Origin: a candidate division WOR-3 bacterium
Lineage (GTDB): Bacteria; Hydrothermota; Tepidihabitantia; B3-TA06
NCBI GenBank assembly: GCA_965649265.1
Contig: CBFGKC010000009.1
Location: forward strand, 32,001 to 96,000
Direction of reading: 5' to 3'
DNA: 64,000 nucleotides
The position numbers and the translations under genes were made by a program. Under the pieces are notes generated by a model. The model was given only the letters and a program-made list of their open reading frames with translations. It did no database searches and was not told the DNA's origin. Of this stretch, positions 9,167-19,400 are shown in pieces. Within the stretch, counting starts at the first letter, position 1. Each line of letters begins with the position of its first letter.

Positions 9167-12100
9167 GCTCTACCTCCATAAGATGAGCATCAGCGGTGAA
9201 CAAAATGAAGCACGAATGCACTGGCAACTTCCATATCTTTTTCGCAGCATCGGCGTAAAGCCTGAGCTGTTCTTTGTAAATTTCTTTCGCTTCGATACCT
9301 GAAGGAAACGACTTGTAATCGATTATATCCAGACCCTGGGGTGTAAGCAACACCCTGTCAATTCGACCTGAAACGACCTCGATACCCCGCCTCATGATAA
9401 ATGGGACTTCGCTTTCCGCATTCAACCGGGGCAGTATGAATCTCTCGAGGAGACCTGAATGGTCGAGACGCTCGATTTGGCTTTGGATTTTATTAACGTA
9501 GACGTCCGCCATCGACGGTGCCAAATTTAAAGAAAGCACTATCGAGTTCACAGACACGCGAATTGAATTCTTATCGGTTCGAACGGCGCCCTTGGAGACT
9601 CTGTCGAGAAGGATATGAAGTATTTCGCCGAAATGAATGAGGCCTTGAGCGGTTTCGTATTCTTTTTCCATTTCGTCACTGGCGGTAGTGAAAATCAACG
9701 GTTCAGTCGACCACTTGCGCTCAAGGTGAATGTCATGTTCCTCCCGATGATCTTCCGGGATATCGGTTTCCTGTTCCGTGAATACGTTGTCCCTTATTTC
9801 GAGTTTGATCCCTTTTAGAGACGCGGGTAGTTCCAAAACGTTGTCCAATTCACGCAAGCCCAACCCCTGAACCAGGTAATCAAGCCAGCCCGAAGCTTTA
9901 CCAGTCCAGGTCCCGGAGAGGAAAAGGGCGTCACGAGCGCGTGTCACGGCAACATAGAAAAGTCTCTTTTGTTCCTCGGCGATTTTAGCTTCCCACAGCA
10001 ACTTTTCAGGATGCTCTTTGTAGGAAGAATCGGAAAAGGTAAAAATGACTTTTTCCCCATCCTCTCTTCTTGAAAGCCCTTCGCTTCGCCTGGATGAATG
10101 CTCTTCAAGGCCTGCAAGAAAGACCACTTTGGAATCAAGGCCTTTCGAAGCATGGATCGTCATAAGCCTGACGGCATCCCGACCTTCGATGTTCACGTTG
10201 GCCTTGGGTTCGTCCTCACGCGTGCTCATTCTTTCCAGACGCTCCGCTATTCGATACATGGAAAGACCTTCCTCGTCAAAGTTTTCAAGAATTCTTAAGA
10301 ATTTGTGAATGTTTTCGTTCTGCTGTTCATCGGCAAACCATGACCAGAGAGCACGCTCATTGAAGATACTTTCAAAAAGAACGGCGGAAGGCTCCCTGTC
10401 AACCTTTGCAATTATTCTTTCGAACCACGAAACGGACTCGGCAAATTTTGACTCATGAATGCTGCACAGCTTGGCCCAGAGATTTGCTCCTTCTCTGAAA
10501 GCAACCTCGAGTATTTCATCTTCGGTAATACCCAATAAAGGCGAACGCATGATTCCGTACAATGAGAGGGAATCGGATTGATTTGCTAGAAACCGGACGA
10601 GCTGCCTGAGAAGTACGGATTCAGGAGTCGAGTAAAACCCCGTACCGCCCACTACCACAAAGGGTATTCGGCATTTGCGAAGCGCTTCCTCATAACTGGC
10701 AAGGTGTGTTCGTGCTCGGATCAGGATGGTAACATCTTCAAACCTGCACGGCCTTTCTGTTTCTTCGTTATCCGACTTCTCAAAAACAGGAAGCACTCCG
10801 ATTATTTCCGTTATTCTTTGGGCTATAGTCCGGGCTTCCGCATTCTTCTGCTCGTTCATAAGGGCGCCGGGTTCCATTCGAGTCAGCAGTATCTCAACAA
10901 CGCCTCTGGCTCCGGGGTTTCTGCGCGCGGTAAATTTCTCGTAAGGAGTTTTCCATGCTTCTTCTTCCTTGTGCATAAGCCTTGAAAACAACTCGTTAAC
11001 GAAATCGATTATCAAAGGAAGGCTCCTGTAGTTCTCCCGTAATACGACTTCTTCAAAACCGCCCCTCATCCACTCCCGCATCTCGAATCTTGCTTTTTCA
11101 AAAACCTCAACGTTTGCACCCCTGAAAAGGTACACCGACTGTTTAACGTCCCCTACAATAAAGAGTGTAGGGGTTTTACCTAGTTCACGCTTGGCACCCA
11201 TACCCGAACGCCACTCCTCGGTGAGTTTGGAAACTATAGCCCACTGCAGACCGTTTGTATCCTGGAATTCGTCAACCAGAATATGATCGGTTTGCTCGTC
11301 AAAACTCTGGAGAACGTTGGACCAGTTCGGCGAGTGATAGAGAACCTCATACAGTTTGTATTCCAGATCGCCGAAATCCAGCACCTTGTCCTTTCTCTTC
11401 CTTTCTTCGTATTTCTGGGCAAGATGGCGAAAAACCGTAATAAAACCCTCAGTTTCAACGGCAGAGCGCCAGCGCCAGAAAACGTCATAGAACCGGGCAA
11501 ATCCCTCGGCTTTCGCGGGAATCTCAGGTTTGCCCTTCGGAAAACGCTTTCTCAAAATGCCGTCTTTCGTAAGGAAACGCGACGAGGTTTTTTCCATGAC
11601 CGTGCGCAACACTTCCAGATGCTCTCGTTTTTTAGAAGGATCGGCCACCTTGTCGAACGCCGAGGCCTGCCAGAAATCCTCCCCCCAGGATTCCCTGAGA
11701 GTCTTCCAGGCAATCTCGTATTCTTCTGATATTGAGGATGTATCAATATCAAAAGCAAGATAACTCTGCGGTATCTGCAAGAAAAGGGAACGTATCCTCG
11801 TCCTGAGCCTTGTCCATCCTTCGACAAGAGTAAGATGACGTACCCAGAGAGAGGCGTCCGTCGAGCTTGCGCCAAGTTCCACGAGCCCTTCACGTATTAT
11901 TTCGTCGCGTATGAGATCGGCCTCTATGGCATCGAGAATCTTGAGGCTCGGCGATAAGTTTAACTCGAACGCAAAGCGCTCGAGAACCGAGAGCGCGAAC
12001 GAATGAACGGTGGAAATCCTGAAACGCGAGAGTTTTGGCTGTATTTCCGAATGCAAGGCAGGCAGGCGCTTTATAAGCAATTCAAGCACTCGTTCCTTCA

Positions 12101-12290
12101 TTTCGGCCGCCGCTTTTTCGGTAAAGGTTATAGCCAGTATTCTTTCGGGGGGGACCCCCTCCTCCAGAAGAGCAACGTAGCGTTCCGCAAGTTTCTGGGT
12201 CTTTCCCGAACCGGCGGGCGACGAAACGACAACACTTTTCTTCACGTCGAGATGGGTTGGATTCATGATCCTTCCTTTTAATTCGCCCAT
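9159..12290 (-). CDS. addA: AddA-like UvrD helicase with C-terminal PD-(D/E)xK nuclease
   Basis: AGSGKT, ITFTEKAAAEM, VDEFQDT, VGDVKQSVYLFRGA, NYRS, MTIHASKGL, YVAVTRA; nuclease GRIDR...IIDYK...QLRLY. Confidence 0.88.
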   Translation of the reverse strand: MGELKGRIMNPTHLDVKKSVVVSSPAGSGKTQKLAERYVALLEEGVPPERILAITFTEKAAAEMKERVLELLIKRLPALHSEIQPKLSRFRISTVHSFALSVLERFAFELNLSPSLKILDAIEADLIRDEIIREGLVELGASSTDASLWVRHLTLVEGWTRLRTRIRSLFLQIPQSYLAFDIDTSSISEEYEIAWKTLRESWGEDFWQASAFDKVADPSKKREHLEVLRTVMEKTSSRFLTKDGILRKRFPKGKPEIPAKAEGFARFYDVFWRWRSAVETEGFITVFRHLAQKYEERKRKDKVLDFGDLEYKLYEVLYHSPNWSNVLQSFDEQTDHILVDEFQDTNGLQWAIVSKLTEEWRSGMGAKRELGKTPTLFIVGDVKQSVYLFRGANVEVFEKARFEMREWMRGGFEEVVLRENYRSLPLIIDFVNELFSRLMHKEEEAWKTPYEKFTARRNPGARGVVEILLTRMEPGALMNEQKNAEARTIAQRITEIIGVLPVFEKSDNEETERPCRFEDVTILIRARTHLASYEEALRKCRIPFVVVGGTGFYSTPESVLLRQLVRFLANQSDSLSLYGIMRSPLLGITEDEILEVAFREGANLWAKLCSIHESKFAESVSWFERIIAKVDREPSAVLFESIFNERALWSWFADEQQNENIHKFLRILENFDEEGLSMYRIAERLERMSTREDEPKANVNIEGRDAVRLMTIHASKGLDSKVVFLAGLEEHSSRRSEGLSRREDGEKVIFTFSDSSYKEHPEKLLWEAKIAEEQKRLFYVAVTRARDALFLSGTWTGKASGWLDYLVQGLGLRELDNVLELPASLKGIKLEIRDNVFTEQETDIPEDHREEHDIHLERKWSTEPLIFTTASDEMEKEYETAQGLIHFGEILHILLDRVSKGAVRTDKNSIRVSVNSIVLSLNLAPSMADVYVNKIQSQIERLDHSGLLERFILPRLNAESEVPFIMRRGIEVVSGRIDRVLLTPQGLDIIDYKSFPSGIEAKEIYKEQLRLYADAAKKIWKLPVHSCFILFTADAHLMEVELE

Positions 12291-14965
12291 CAGCCGCAGA
12301 ATTCCTTATACTCGCAGAAAAAGCAGGTTGCCGGTTTCTTCTCCGGCAATCCGAAATTCCCTTCGCGGATTTTTTCCACCGAGTCTCTGGCGAAAGCAAG
12401 CGCCCTCTGTATCGAATCTTCCGGCTCCTCTACCTGCACGATCTCTGATCTGTTGAAATCGTAAAGACCGAATGAATGGATTTCCGCATTAGCGCTTTTC
12501 CTTATCATCTCACAATAAAGCGGAAGCTGCAGAGATTCCCCTTTTCCGAGTTTTGCCGCAAAGCCGGTTTCTTTGCCTGTTTTGTAATCCATGACCCTTG
12601 CCCCCTGACCCATCCAGTCTACCCTGTCTACCCTGCCGCGAAGGGTGAAATTTCCCTCTTCGAAGAAAAATCTTATATCCCGTTCGAGCCATTCGGAGAC
12701 AATCCGCCATCCCTTTTCCTGTCTGACCTCCTCCTCTTGCCGGAACCAGTCAATTCGCGACCCCAGCCAGTCCTCAATCCACAGTCTGACGAATGGATTC
12801 AATCTCATCCTGTCAAGTTCAAAAGCAAGGCCGGCGCAGAGTTTCTCTTCAAGGTCCTGGGCTTTTGGATTCTCTCTCATGAGCCTTTCCATTACCGAAT
12901 GCAGCACGTTTCCCAAAAGCCTGGCCTCAGGCTCCTCAGAGGGTTCCTCCGAAGGTTCAAGACCCAGAACGGTGGCCAGGAAGTATCTATAGGGACAGTT
13001 TCTGTAGACCTCAAGTAATGTAACTTTGAACGGATACTCTGATCCGAATTTTTTTCGAAGAAGGTAAAGCGATTCGGCGTTTTCGAATACAACGCCTTGC
13101 CTGGATTCCGAGCCGTGTGAAGGTCTGGACAAAAGGAATTCTTCTGTGGAGTATACAGTCCTGTTTTCTGCTAAAGAAGACTCGCCGCGTTCTACGAGAA
13201 AGACCGAGGAAAGCAAAGGCCTGTCGCCCTCCATGGATGGAGCGGACAGGTAAAGGGCCTCCCTTGGCATGAGTTCAAGTCTTCGAAACTCAAACCTCGA
13301 GTCGAGGAAAGAATGCTCTCTGGAGGGTATGGAAATCGATTCCTTTATTCGCTCGGGAAGCAGAAGGTCGCGCCTCGGGTATTTCGGGAACTCTCCGTCG
13401 ACAAGCCCGCCCAAAAACAGATAGCGCACGTCGAGCCATCGGCTTTCGACAACCGGCACAACTCGAATCCCGAGAGGTGAATATTCCTCATCGTCAAGTT
13501 GAACATCCCGCGACAGGAGCGACTCAAGGGTCTCCCTTGCAAACCGCGGAGTCAGTTGTTTTTCACCCGTAAGCTCGAGCACCCTTTGAAGTTTCACAAA
13601 GGCGTCCTCCAGACCTTTCCTTAGTTCCGGCGGCGCATCCCAGCCCAGCCATTCAAGAATATCGCGAAGCTTTCTTGTAAAGCCCTCTGCAGGCATTGGT
13701 TTTGAGAATGATTCCGCCTTCGACGCGAATTCAGCCACGAACGAGCGTATCTCTCTTGCCGTGTGTTCCCCATGAATCGCCATCTTGCGCGAAGGTTCGG
13801 AAAGAAACCAACTCTTCCACGACCCCGCTCCTGAAACGATACCCTCATCCCGTGATAGAACGTCAACCCAGTCTCTAACGCTTTTTGGAACTTTCGTGAA
13901 AAACGGGGCAAGAAGAAGAGCAACCACATCACGCCTGCGAAATTTGTTTTCAGGTAAGTACAAGATATCGATCGCAGCACGAATGGCTGGAAACGATCCC
14001 AGAGCCGGACGAAGCGATATGTTGGCTTTTAACCCGTACCTGGCAAAAACACGAGCCACAAGCGACCTGTAGATTCCCAGGGCAGGAAAAACTACCATTA
14101 TCTCATCTGGGGTTACCCCCGTTTCGGACAGGGTACAAATGTGACGGGCTATTGCCGCAACTTCATCCTCACGCGAACGGTACCGTTTCCAGCAGGACAA
14201 GGGATTCGGGGAAGCCAAAGGTGCCTGCATGACCTTTAACCCTGCCGAGACGAAAAAGTTCTGGGCCTTGAGCGCGAGCGGATCATCGGGAATTATTACT
14301 ACCACCTCAGGTATCTTTTCCACCAGTGCCTCGAGCAGTCTTTGCTCGGAGGTTCTGGGTTCAAAATAGCCTTCAACCAGAAGAAGTTTCTCGCCGAGGT
14401 TCCCGATGTAATTCATTGACTCCTCTAAAAGACGCTCGTGATCGATGAATCCCTCTTTTTCCATGTGCGCGTCGTATCTCCGCAGCAACCCGAGAGCCTC
14501 TTCGAGTCTTCTCTCCGTATCGATGTCATAAAGGACATCCCGGGCAAGCTTCGGTATTTGTTCCCAATCATCGGGATAGAAGCGGCAGAGTTCGGCGTAA
14601 AGCTCGGATAGAAGACCTACGTGCTCCTCCCTGAAGAACAAGCTTTTTGATTCACGAATGAGTTTGAGGAAAACGAATCGCCTGTCGCGTTCATCAACTA
14701 TCCCTTTGGACGACCAGAGCGAAACAAGATTTTCTGCAAGTAGTTGGAGGGTAACGCTTTCCGGTATTTTGGACGCCGATTCCTTGTAAAGAGAAAGAAT
14801 CTCGAACACGGCTGCCCTTGCCTTCCGCTTATTCGGCGTAAGGTAGAGAATCTCCTCGGGTTTGAATTTACTGGATATTTCCAACTCGGAGAGCAGTCGC
14901 CTTGTGAATCCCGGCGAACAGAGCGGTCGCATGGCAAGCAGGCGAAGAGGTGCTCGAGAAGACAT
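12290..14965 (-). CDS. addB: AddB-like inactive helicase / PD-(D/E)xK nuclease with Fe-S cysteines
   Basis: CPYRYF, GNVLH, GRVDRVD, DYKTG, QLPLY, CFFCEYKEFC; translationally coupled to addA. ATG at 14965 preferred from promoter position. Confidence 0.85.
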   Translation of the reverse strand: MSSRAPLRLLAMRPLCSPGFTRRLLSELEISSKFKPEEILYLTPNKRKARAAVFEILSLYKESASKIPESVTLQLLAENLVSLWSSKGIVDERDRRFVFLKLIRESKSLFFREEHVGLLSELYAELCRFYPDDWEQIPKLARDVLYDIDTERRLEEALGLLRRYDAHMEKEGFIDHERLLEESMNYIGNLGEKLLLVEGYFEPRTSEQRLLEALVEKIPEVVVIIPDDPLALKAQNFFVSAGLKVMQAPLASPNPLSCWKRYRSREDEVAAIARHICTLSETGVTPDEIMVVFPALGIYRSLVARVFARYGLKANISLRPALGSFPAIRAAIDILYLPENKFRRRDVVALLLAPFFTKVPKSVRDWVDVLSRDEGIVSGAGSWKSWFLSEPSRKMAIHGEHTAREIRSFVAEFASKAESFSKPMPAEGFTRKLRDILEWLGWDAPPELRKGLEDAFVKLQRVLELTGEKQLTPRFARETLESLLSRDVQLDDEEYSPLGIRVVPVVESRWLDVRYLFLGGLVDGEFPKYPRRDLLLPERIKESISIPSREHSFLDSRFEFRRLELMPREALYLSAPSMEGDRPLLSSVFLVERGESSLAENRTVYSTEEFLLSRPSHGSESRQGVVFENAESLYLLRKKFGSEYPFKVTLLEVYRNCPYRYFLATVLGLEPSEEPSEEPEARLLGNVLHSVMERLMRENPKAQDLEEKLCAGLAFELDRMRLNPFVRLWIEDWLGSRIDWFRQEEEVRQEKGWRIVSEWLERDIRFFFEEGNFTLRGRVDRVDWMGQGARVMDYKTGKETGFAAKLGKGESLQLPLYCEMIRKSANAEIHSFGLYDFNRSEIVQVEEPEDSIQRALAFARDSVEKIREGNFGLPEKKPATCFFCEYKEFCG

Positions 14966-15214
14966 CAACGCAGTTTAGCTGAAAGAGCGAACAAGTCAAT
15001 CAGATTGAGAAGGTGAGAGAATATGTTATCTTCATGAAGGAAGTCTGTCATCTCCAAATCAAATGGATAAACGACATCAATACTTTAGTTGTCTAATAAA
15101 CCACTCGCAGTATCGCGAGCGAAACGTCTTTATAATTTATTTATTCCAGGGTGTTTTAATACTCATGGACACCAATAGCTTGACTACTCATTCAGGCTGC
15201 GTATCATTCTATCC

Positions 15215-16705
15215 GTGAGAATCAGCATCCGCTACAAGATAGCAGGTCTGCTTGTAATCCTGGTATTTCTCTTGATGGGTGGTACAGGTTTTGCGATTAT
15301 TAGACTTGTGCGCCAGTCCTTCCTCGAGGAAATAAAACTGCGCGGTATAATTCTTGCCCGCAACGTGGCTTTTTCGGCGGAGGACCCCCTCATGGAAGCC
15401 GATGACTTGACGCTCGCGATACTCTCAAGGGATGCGTTGAAACACAAGGGAAGCGTTTACGCGTACATATTAAATCAGGACGGTGTCACGGCTTCGGCTC
15501 CGGCAAGAATGGAGCGTTCCAAGGGAATAGATTCGGCAAAAATATACTTCCAGGACAGCCTGTGGCGAAAAACCATTCCGGGATCGATAAAGATTCCCTC
15601 GGGGCAAGACTATGCGTCCAAAACGGTCTTCGACAAGGAGTGGGGCGAGATATACGAGGTTGCGGTTCCCGTCATGCTGGGAGGACAGAAGAAGATCGGC
15701 GAGGTGCACGTCGGAATAGATCTGACAAGCCTGCAGGAGGCATCACGAAACATTCAGATAGTGGTCGGGACGATCGCTTTAGTCGGCATCATCGTAGGCA
15801 TCCTGGGCGCATTCGGCCTGGCCTCATACCTTATCCGGCCTCTGAGGGCGCTAGTCTTCGGTGTGCACGAGATCGGCAGGGGAAACTTCGAATTCCGCAT
15901 CAAAAAGCAGTCGAATGACGAGATAGGTGATCTTACCATCGAGTTCAATAAGATGGCCAAGGATCTCAAGGACAAGGTGCTGATCGAGGACGCTTTCAAA
16001 CGTTACGTATCCCATCAGGTTGCCGACGAGATTCTCAAGGACCCGGACGTATTCGCAAAGTCATTGAAGGGAGAAAAGAGACCGGTGACCATCTTCTTCG
16101 GCGATATCCGCGGATTCACGACGATATCCGAGCAGTTACCACCGGAGGAGGTGGTTGCATTCCTGAACTTCTATCTCACGGAGATGACTACCATTATCTT
16201 CGCCAACGAGGGAACGATTGACAAGTTCATGGGCGATTGCATCATGGCCATCTTCGGCGCCCCTGTCAGGCACGATTCGGATGTGCTTCATGCGGTCAGG
16301 TCTGCGGTCGAGATTCAAAAGAAAGTCGAAGAGCTGAACAAACAGCGTATTTCAGAAGGAAAGCGCGATATCCATGTTGGCATAGGAATCAACTACGGCG
16401 AAGCCGTCGTTGGTAACATCGGTTCTACTCAACGATTGGAGTATACGGTAATCGGAGACAGCGTTAACACCGCGGCAAGACTTCAAACACTTGCAAAAGG
16501 CGGCGAGATAGTGGTCTCCGACAGCGTCTACGATCAGGTGAAGGATCAATTCGACTTCGTGGCCATGGATCCGGTAACCGTCAAGGGCAAATCGCAGGTC
16601 CTCAAGGTCTGGAAAATCAAGCTGCCCATATATACGAGCGCTGAATACCAGGCCACTCCGATGCCCAAGCAACAATCGAAGAAGAATCCCGAAGAACTTG
16701 ATTAG
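15215..16705 (+). CDS. Membrane-bound class III adenylate cyclase (periplasmic sensor, HAMP, cyclase)
   Basis: Two TM helices, HAMP (NDEIGDL..FNKM), FGDIRGFT, DKFMGD, GIGINYG, EYTVIGDSVNTAARL. Confidence 0.93.
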   Translation: MRISIRYKIAGLLVILVFLLMGGTGFAIIRLVRQSFLEEIKLRGIILARNVAFSAEDPLMEADDLTLAILSRDALKHKGSVYAYILNQDGVTASAPARMERSKGIDSAKIYFQDSLWRKTIPGSIKIPSGQDYASKTVFDKEWGEIYEVAVPVMLGGQKKIGEVHVGIDLTSLQEASRNIQIVVGTIALVGIIVGILGAFGLASYLIRPLRALVFGVHEIGRGNFEFRIKKQSNDEIGDLTIEFNKMAKDLKDKVLIEDAFKRYVSHQVADEILKDPDVFAKSLKGEKRPVTIFFGDIRGFTTISEQLPPEEVVAFLNFYLTEMTTIIFANEGTIDKFMGDCIMAIFGAPVRHDSDVLHAVRSAVEIQKKVEELNKQRISEGKRDIHVGIGINYGEAVVGNIGSTQRLEYTVIGDSVNTAARLQTLAKGGEIVVSDSVYDQVKDQFDFVAMDPVTVKGKSQVLKVWKIKLPIYTSAEYQATPMPKQQSKKNPEELD

Positions 16706-16726
16706 AAGAAAAGGAGTTCCTTACAA

Positions 16727-17719
16727 ATGATTCGTCTAGGAGTAATAGGAGCAGGGTACTGGGGGCCGAATTTAATACGCAATTTTGCGGTCTTGAAAAA
16801 CGTTTCGCTTGAAAAAATCTCCGACCTCGATCAGACGGTCATCGACAAAATAAAGCCTGACTATCCCAATACGGCTTTTACGAAAGATGCAGCCGAGCTT
16901 TTTGATTCCGATCTCGACGCCATTTGCGTGGCAACGAGCGCGCCGACTCATTATGAACTCGCCAAAAAGGCGCTGGAGGCAGGAAAGCATGTCTTTTGCG
17001 AAAAACCCCTGACCCTCAAATCGAACCAGGCCAAAGAACTTGTGGAGCTTGCCGAAAAGAAAAATCGCAGACTCATGGTCGGCCACCTTATGCTCTATCA
17101 TCCCGCGGTGAGGAAGTTGAGAGAGCTCATAGAGCAGGGAAAACTCGGCGACGTTTTTTACGTCAACTCCATGAGGGTGAATCTGGGAATAGCGCGCTCG
17201 AACGAAAACGCGTTGTGGAGCCTTGCCCCTCACGATATCTCCATAATACTCTACCTTTTCGGTTCGAACCTGCCCGTGGGTGTCTCGGCTACAGGCAAGG
17301 ATTTCTTAACAAGGGGGGTGGAGGATATAGTTTTTGCGTCACTGTTTTTTAACGGCAATCAGATCGCTCACACAAGGGTTTCCTGGCTCGATCCTGAAAA
17401 GATTCGCAGGGTAAAGGTCACGGGCTCCCGCGGTATCGCAATCTTTGACGACGTCGGAAAGGATTCCGTAGTCCAGTTTCACGAAGACTGGATTGAGCCG
17501 AAAGGAAACGGTGTATTCACTAATCACAAGAGCAAAACACCAGAGATTTTTGAGCTTGAAAAAGTTGAGCCCCTTAAGTTGGAATGCGAGCACTTTGTAG
17601 AGTGCGTAATCCACGGAAAGAAACCTTTAACGGACGGCCAGAATGGCCTGAACGTTGTATCTATTCTGGAACGTGCCGAGGAATCTTTGAAAGAAAAAGG
17701 AGCATACAAGTCGCTATGA
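16727..17719 (+). CDS. Gfo/Idh/MocA oxidoreductase (WbpB/WlbA-like)
   Basis: GAGYWG, HVFCEKP, VGH, APHD; directly upstream of an acetyltransferase and an aminotransferase. Confidence 0.88.
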   Translation: MIRLGVIGAGYWGPNLIRNFAVLKNVSLEKISDLDQTVIDKIKPDYPNTAFTKDAAELFDSDLDAICVATSAPTHYELAKKALEAGKHVFCEKPLTLKSNQAKELVELAEKKNRRLMVGHLMLYHPAVRKLRELIEQGKLGDVFYVNSMRVNLGIARSNENALWSLAPHDISIILYLFGSNLPVGVSATGKDFLTRGVEDIVFASLFFNGNQIAHTRVSWLDPEKIRRVKVTGSRGIAIFDDVGKDSVVQFHEDWIEPKGNGVFTNHKSKTPEIFELEKVEPLKLECEHFVECVIHGKKPLTDGQNGLNVVSILERAEESLKEKGAYKSL

Positions 17720-18300
17720 ACGAGAAGAAATACTTCGTCCACCCGACCGCGATTGTGGACGAACCTTGCGATATCGGCGAAGGCACAAAGATATGGCACT
17801 TCAGCCATATATCTAGCGGAGCAAAGATAGGCGAACGTTGCAGTTTCGGGCAGAATGTTTACGTCGCCTCGAGGGTAGTCGTCGGGAACAACTGCAAGGT
17901 TCAGAACAACGTCAGCATTTACGATCTCGTGACGCTTGAGGACAACGTCTTCTGCGGACCGAGTTGCGTGTTCACCAACGATATGAACCCCCGCGCGGCC
18001 TATCCAAAGGGCGGCGTGTGGATACCTACACTGGTCAAGGAAGGAGCCTCGATAGGCGCCAACTCGACAATCGTTTGCGGCACGACCCTGGGTAAATGGT
18101 GCTTTATCGGCGCAGGCGCCGTTGTCGCAAAGGACGTGGTCGATTACGCGGTAATGGTCGGCGTCCCGGCAAAGCGAATCGGCTGGATGTGTGAGTGCGG
18201 CCAGCGCATGGATTTTGGTAATAAGGATACCTTTGTGTGTTCCGAACGCTGCAAGGGCACCTACAAACTCGAAGGCGACATCGTAAGGAGGATAAAGTGA
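17716..18300 (+). CDS. Hexapeptide-repeat N-acetyltransferase (WbpD/WlbB-like)
   Basis: IGEGTKIWHFSHI, GQNV, KVQNNVSIY, CGPSCVFTNDMNPR, GWMCECG. Confidence 0.92.
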   Translation: MNEKKYFVHPTAIVDEPCDIGEGTKIWHFSHISSGAKIGERCSFGQNVYVASRVVVGNNCKVQNNVSIYDLVTLEDNVFCGPSCVFTNDMNPRAAYPKGGVWIPTLVKEGASIGANSTIVCGTTLGKWCFIGAGAVVAKDVVDYAVMVGVPAKRIGWMCECGQRMDFGNKDTFVCSERCKGTYKLEGDIVRRIK

Positions 18301-19397
18301 AGGTTCCGGCAATAGACATGTGGGCTCATCACGAACCTCTGCTTCCTGAGTTCAAGGAAGCGCTCGAACGCGTCGTACGCGCAGGCGATTTCATCCTGGG
18401 TAAGGAGGAGAAGGAGTTCGAGGCCGAATGCGTGAAATACCTCGACGTCAAATACGCCATAGGAGTAGGCAACGGCACGGACGCGCTTGCCATATGCTTG
18501 CGAGCGCTCGATGTGGGGCCGGGAGATGAGGTAATAACCTCCCCCTTCACCTTCATCGCGACCGCTGAGGTGATTGTCGCCTTAGGAGCCAAGCCTGTTT
18601 TTGTTGACATTAATCCGGACACCTTCAATATCGATCCCGCAAAGATTGAGGCGGCCATTACAAAAAAGACGAAGGTCATTCTGCCTGTCCATCTTTACGG
18701 CCAGGCCGCCGAGATGGACTCGATTATCGAGATCGCAAGAAAACACGGCCTTAAGACACTGGAGGACGCAGCCCAGGCGTTCGGAACGACCTACAGAGGC
18801 AAGAAAGTGGCCGGACTCGGCGATTTGACCATCTTCTCGTTCTTTCCTACAAAGAACCTCGGCGCACTTGGCGACGGCGGACTCATCACGACGGCAGACG
18901 ACGGGTTATACGAGAAATGCCGCCTGATAAGGGTTCACGGGGCACCCAAGAAGTACTATCACACCCTTATCGGACAAAATTCAAGACTCGATACCTTGCA
19001 GGCCGCTTTTTTGAGGATAAAACTCAACCACATCGACCGCTACAACTCGACCAGAGCGAAAAACGCGGAAGCTTACAACAAGGAACTCGCGGACGTGGTC
19101 AAGGTGCCCGTGACTCACAAGGACTCGAACCACATCTATCACCAGTACACCGTTCGCACGCCTAAGCGCGACGCCCTGATAGAGTATCTCAAGCAGGCCG
19201 AGGTCGGCACCGGTGTGCACTACCCCTACCCGCTGCACCGCCAGCCCGTACTCGAGTATCTTGGACTCGCGGAAGGCTCGTTCCCGGAATCCGAGAAAGC
19301 GGCAAAAGAGGTCGTATCGCTTCCCTGCTACCCGGAGATGAGTGCCGATCAGCGCTCGTGGGTTATCGCCAAGATTCGGGAGTTTTTCGCAAAGTAG
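18297..19397 (+). CDS. DegT/DnrJ/EryC1/StrS aminotransferase (WbpE/WlbC-like)
   Basis: NGTDAL, PVHLYGQ, EDAAQ, SFFPTKNLG, NSRLDTLQA; GTG start overlapping the upstream stop. Confidence 0.93.
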   Translation: MKVPAIDMWAHHEPLLPEFKEALERVVRAGDFILGKEEKEFEAECVKYLDVKYAIGVGNGTDALAICLRALDVGPGDEVITSPFTFIATAEVIVALGAKPVFVDINPDTFNIDPAKIEAAITKKTKVILPVHLYGQAAEMDSIIEIARKHGLKTLEDAAQAFGTTYRGKKVAGLGDLTIFSFFPTKNLGALGDGGLITTADDGLYEKCRLIRVHGAPKKYYHTLIGQNSRLDTLQAAFLRIKLNHIDRYNSTRAKNAEAYNKELADVVKVPVTHKDSNHIYHQYTVRTPKRDALIEYLKQAEVGTGVHYPYPLHRQPVLEYLGLAEGSFPESEKAAKEVVSLPCYPEMSADQRSWVIAKIREFFAK

Positions 19398-19400
19398 CCG

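Noticed and set aside
9159-14965. Helicase-nuclease pair as a novel defence system
   Set aside because: Motifs, Fe-S cysteines and housekeeping context next to era fit an ordinary AddAB-type repair complex.
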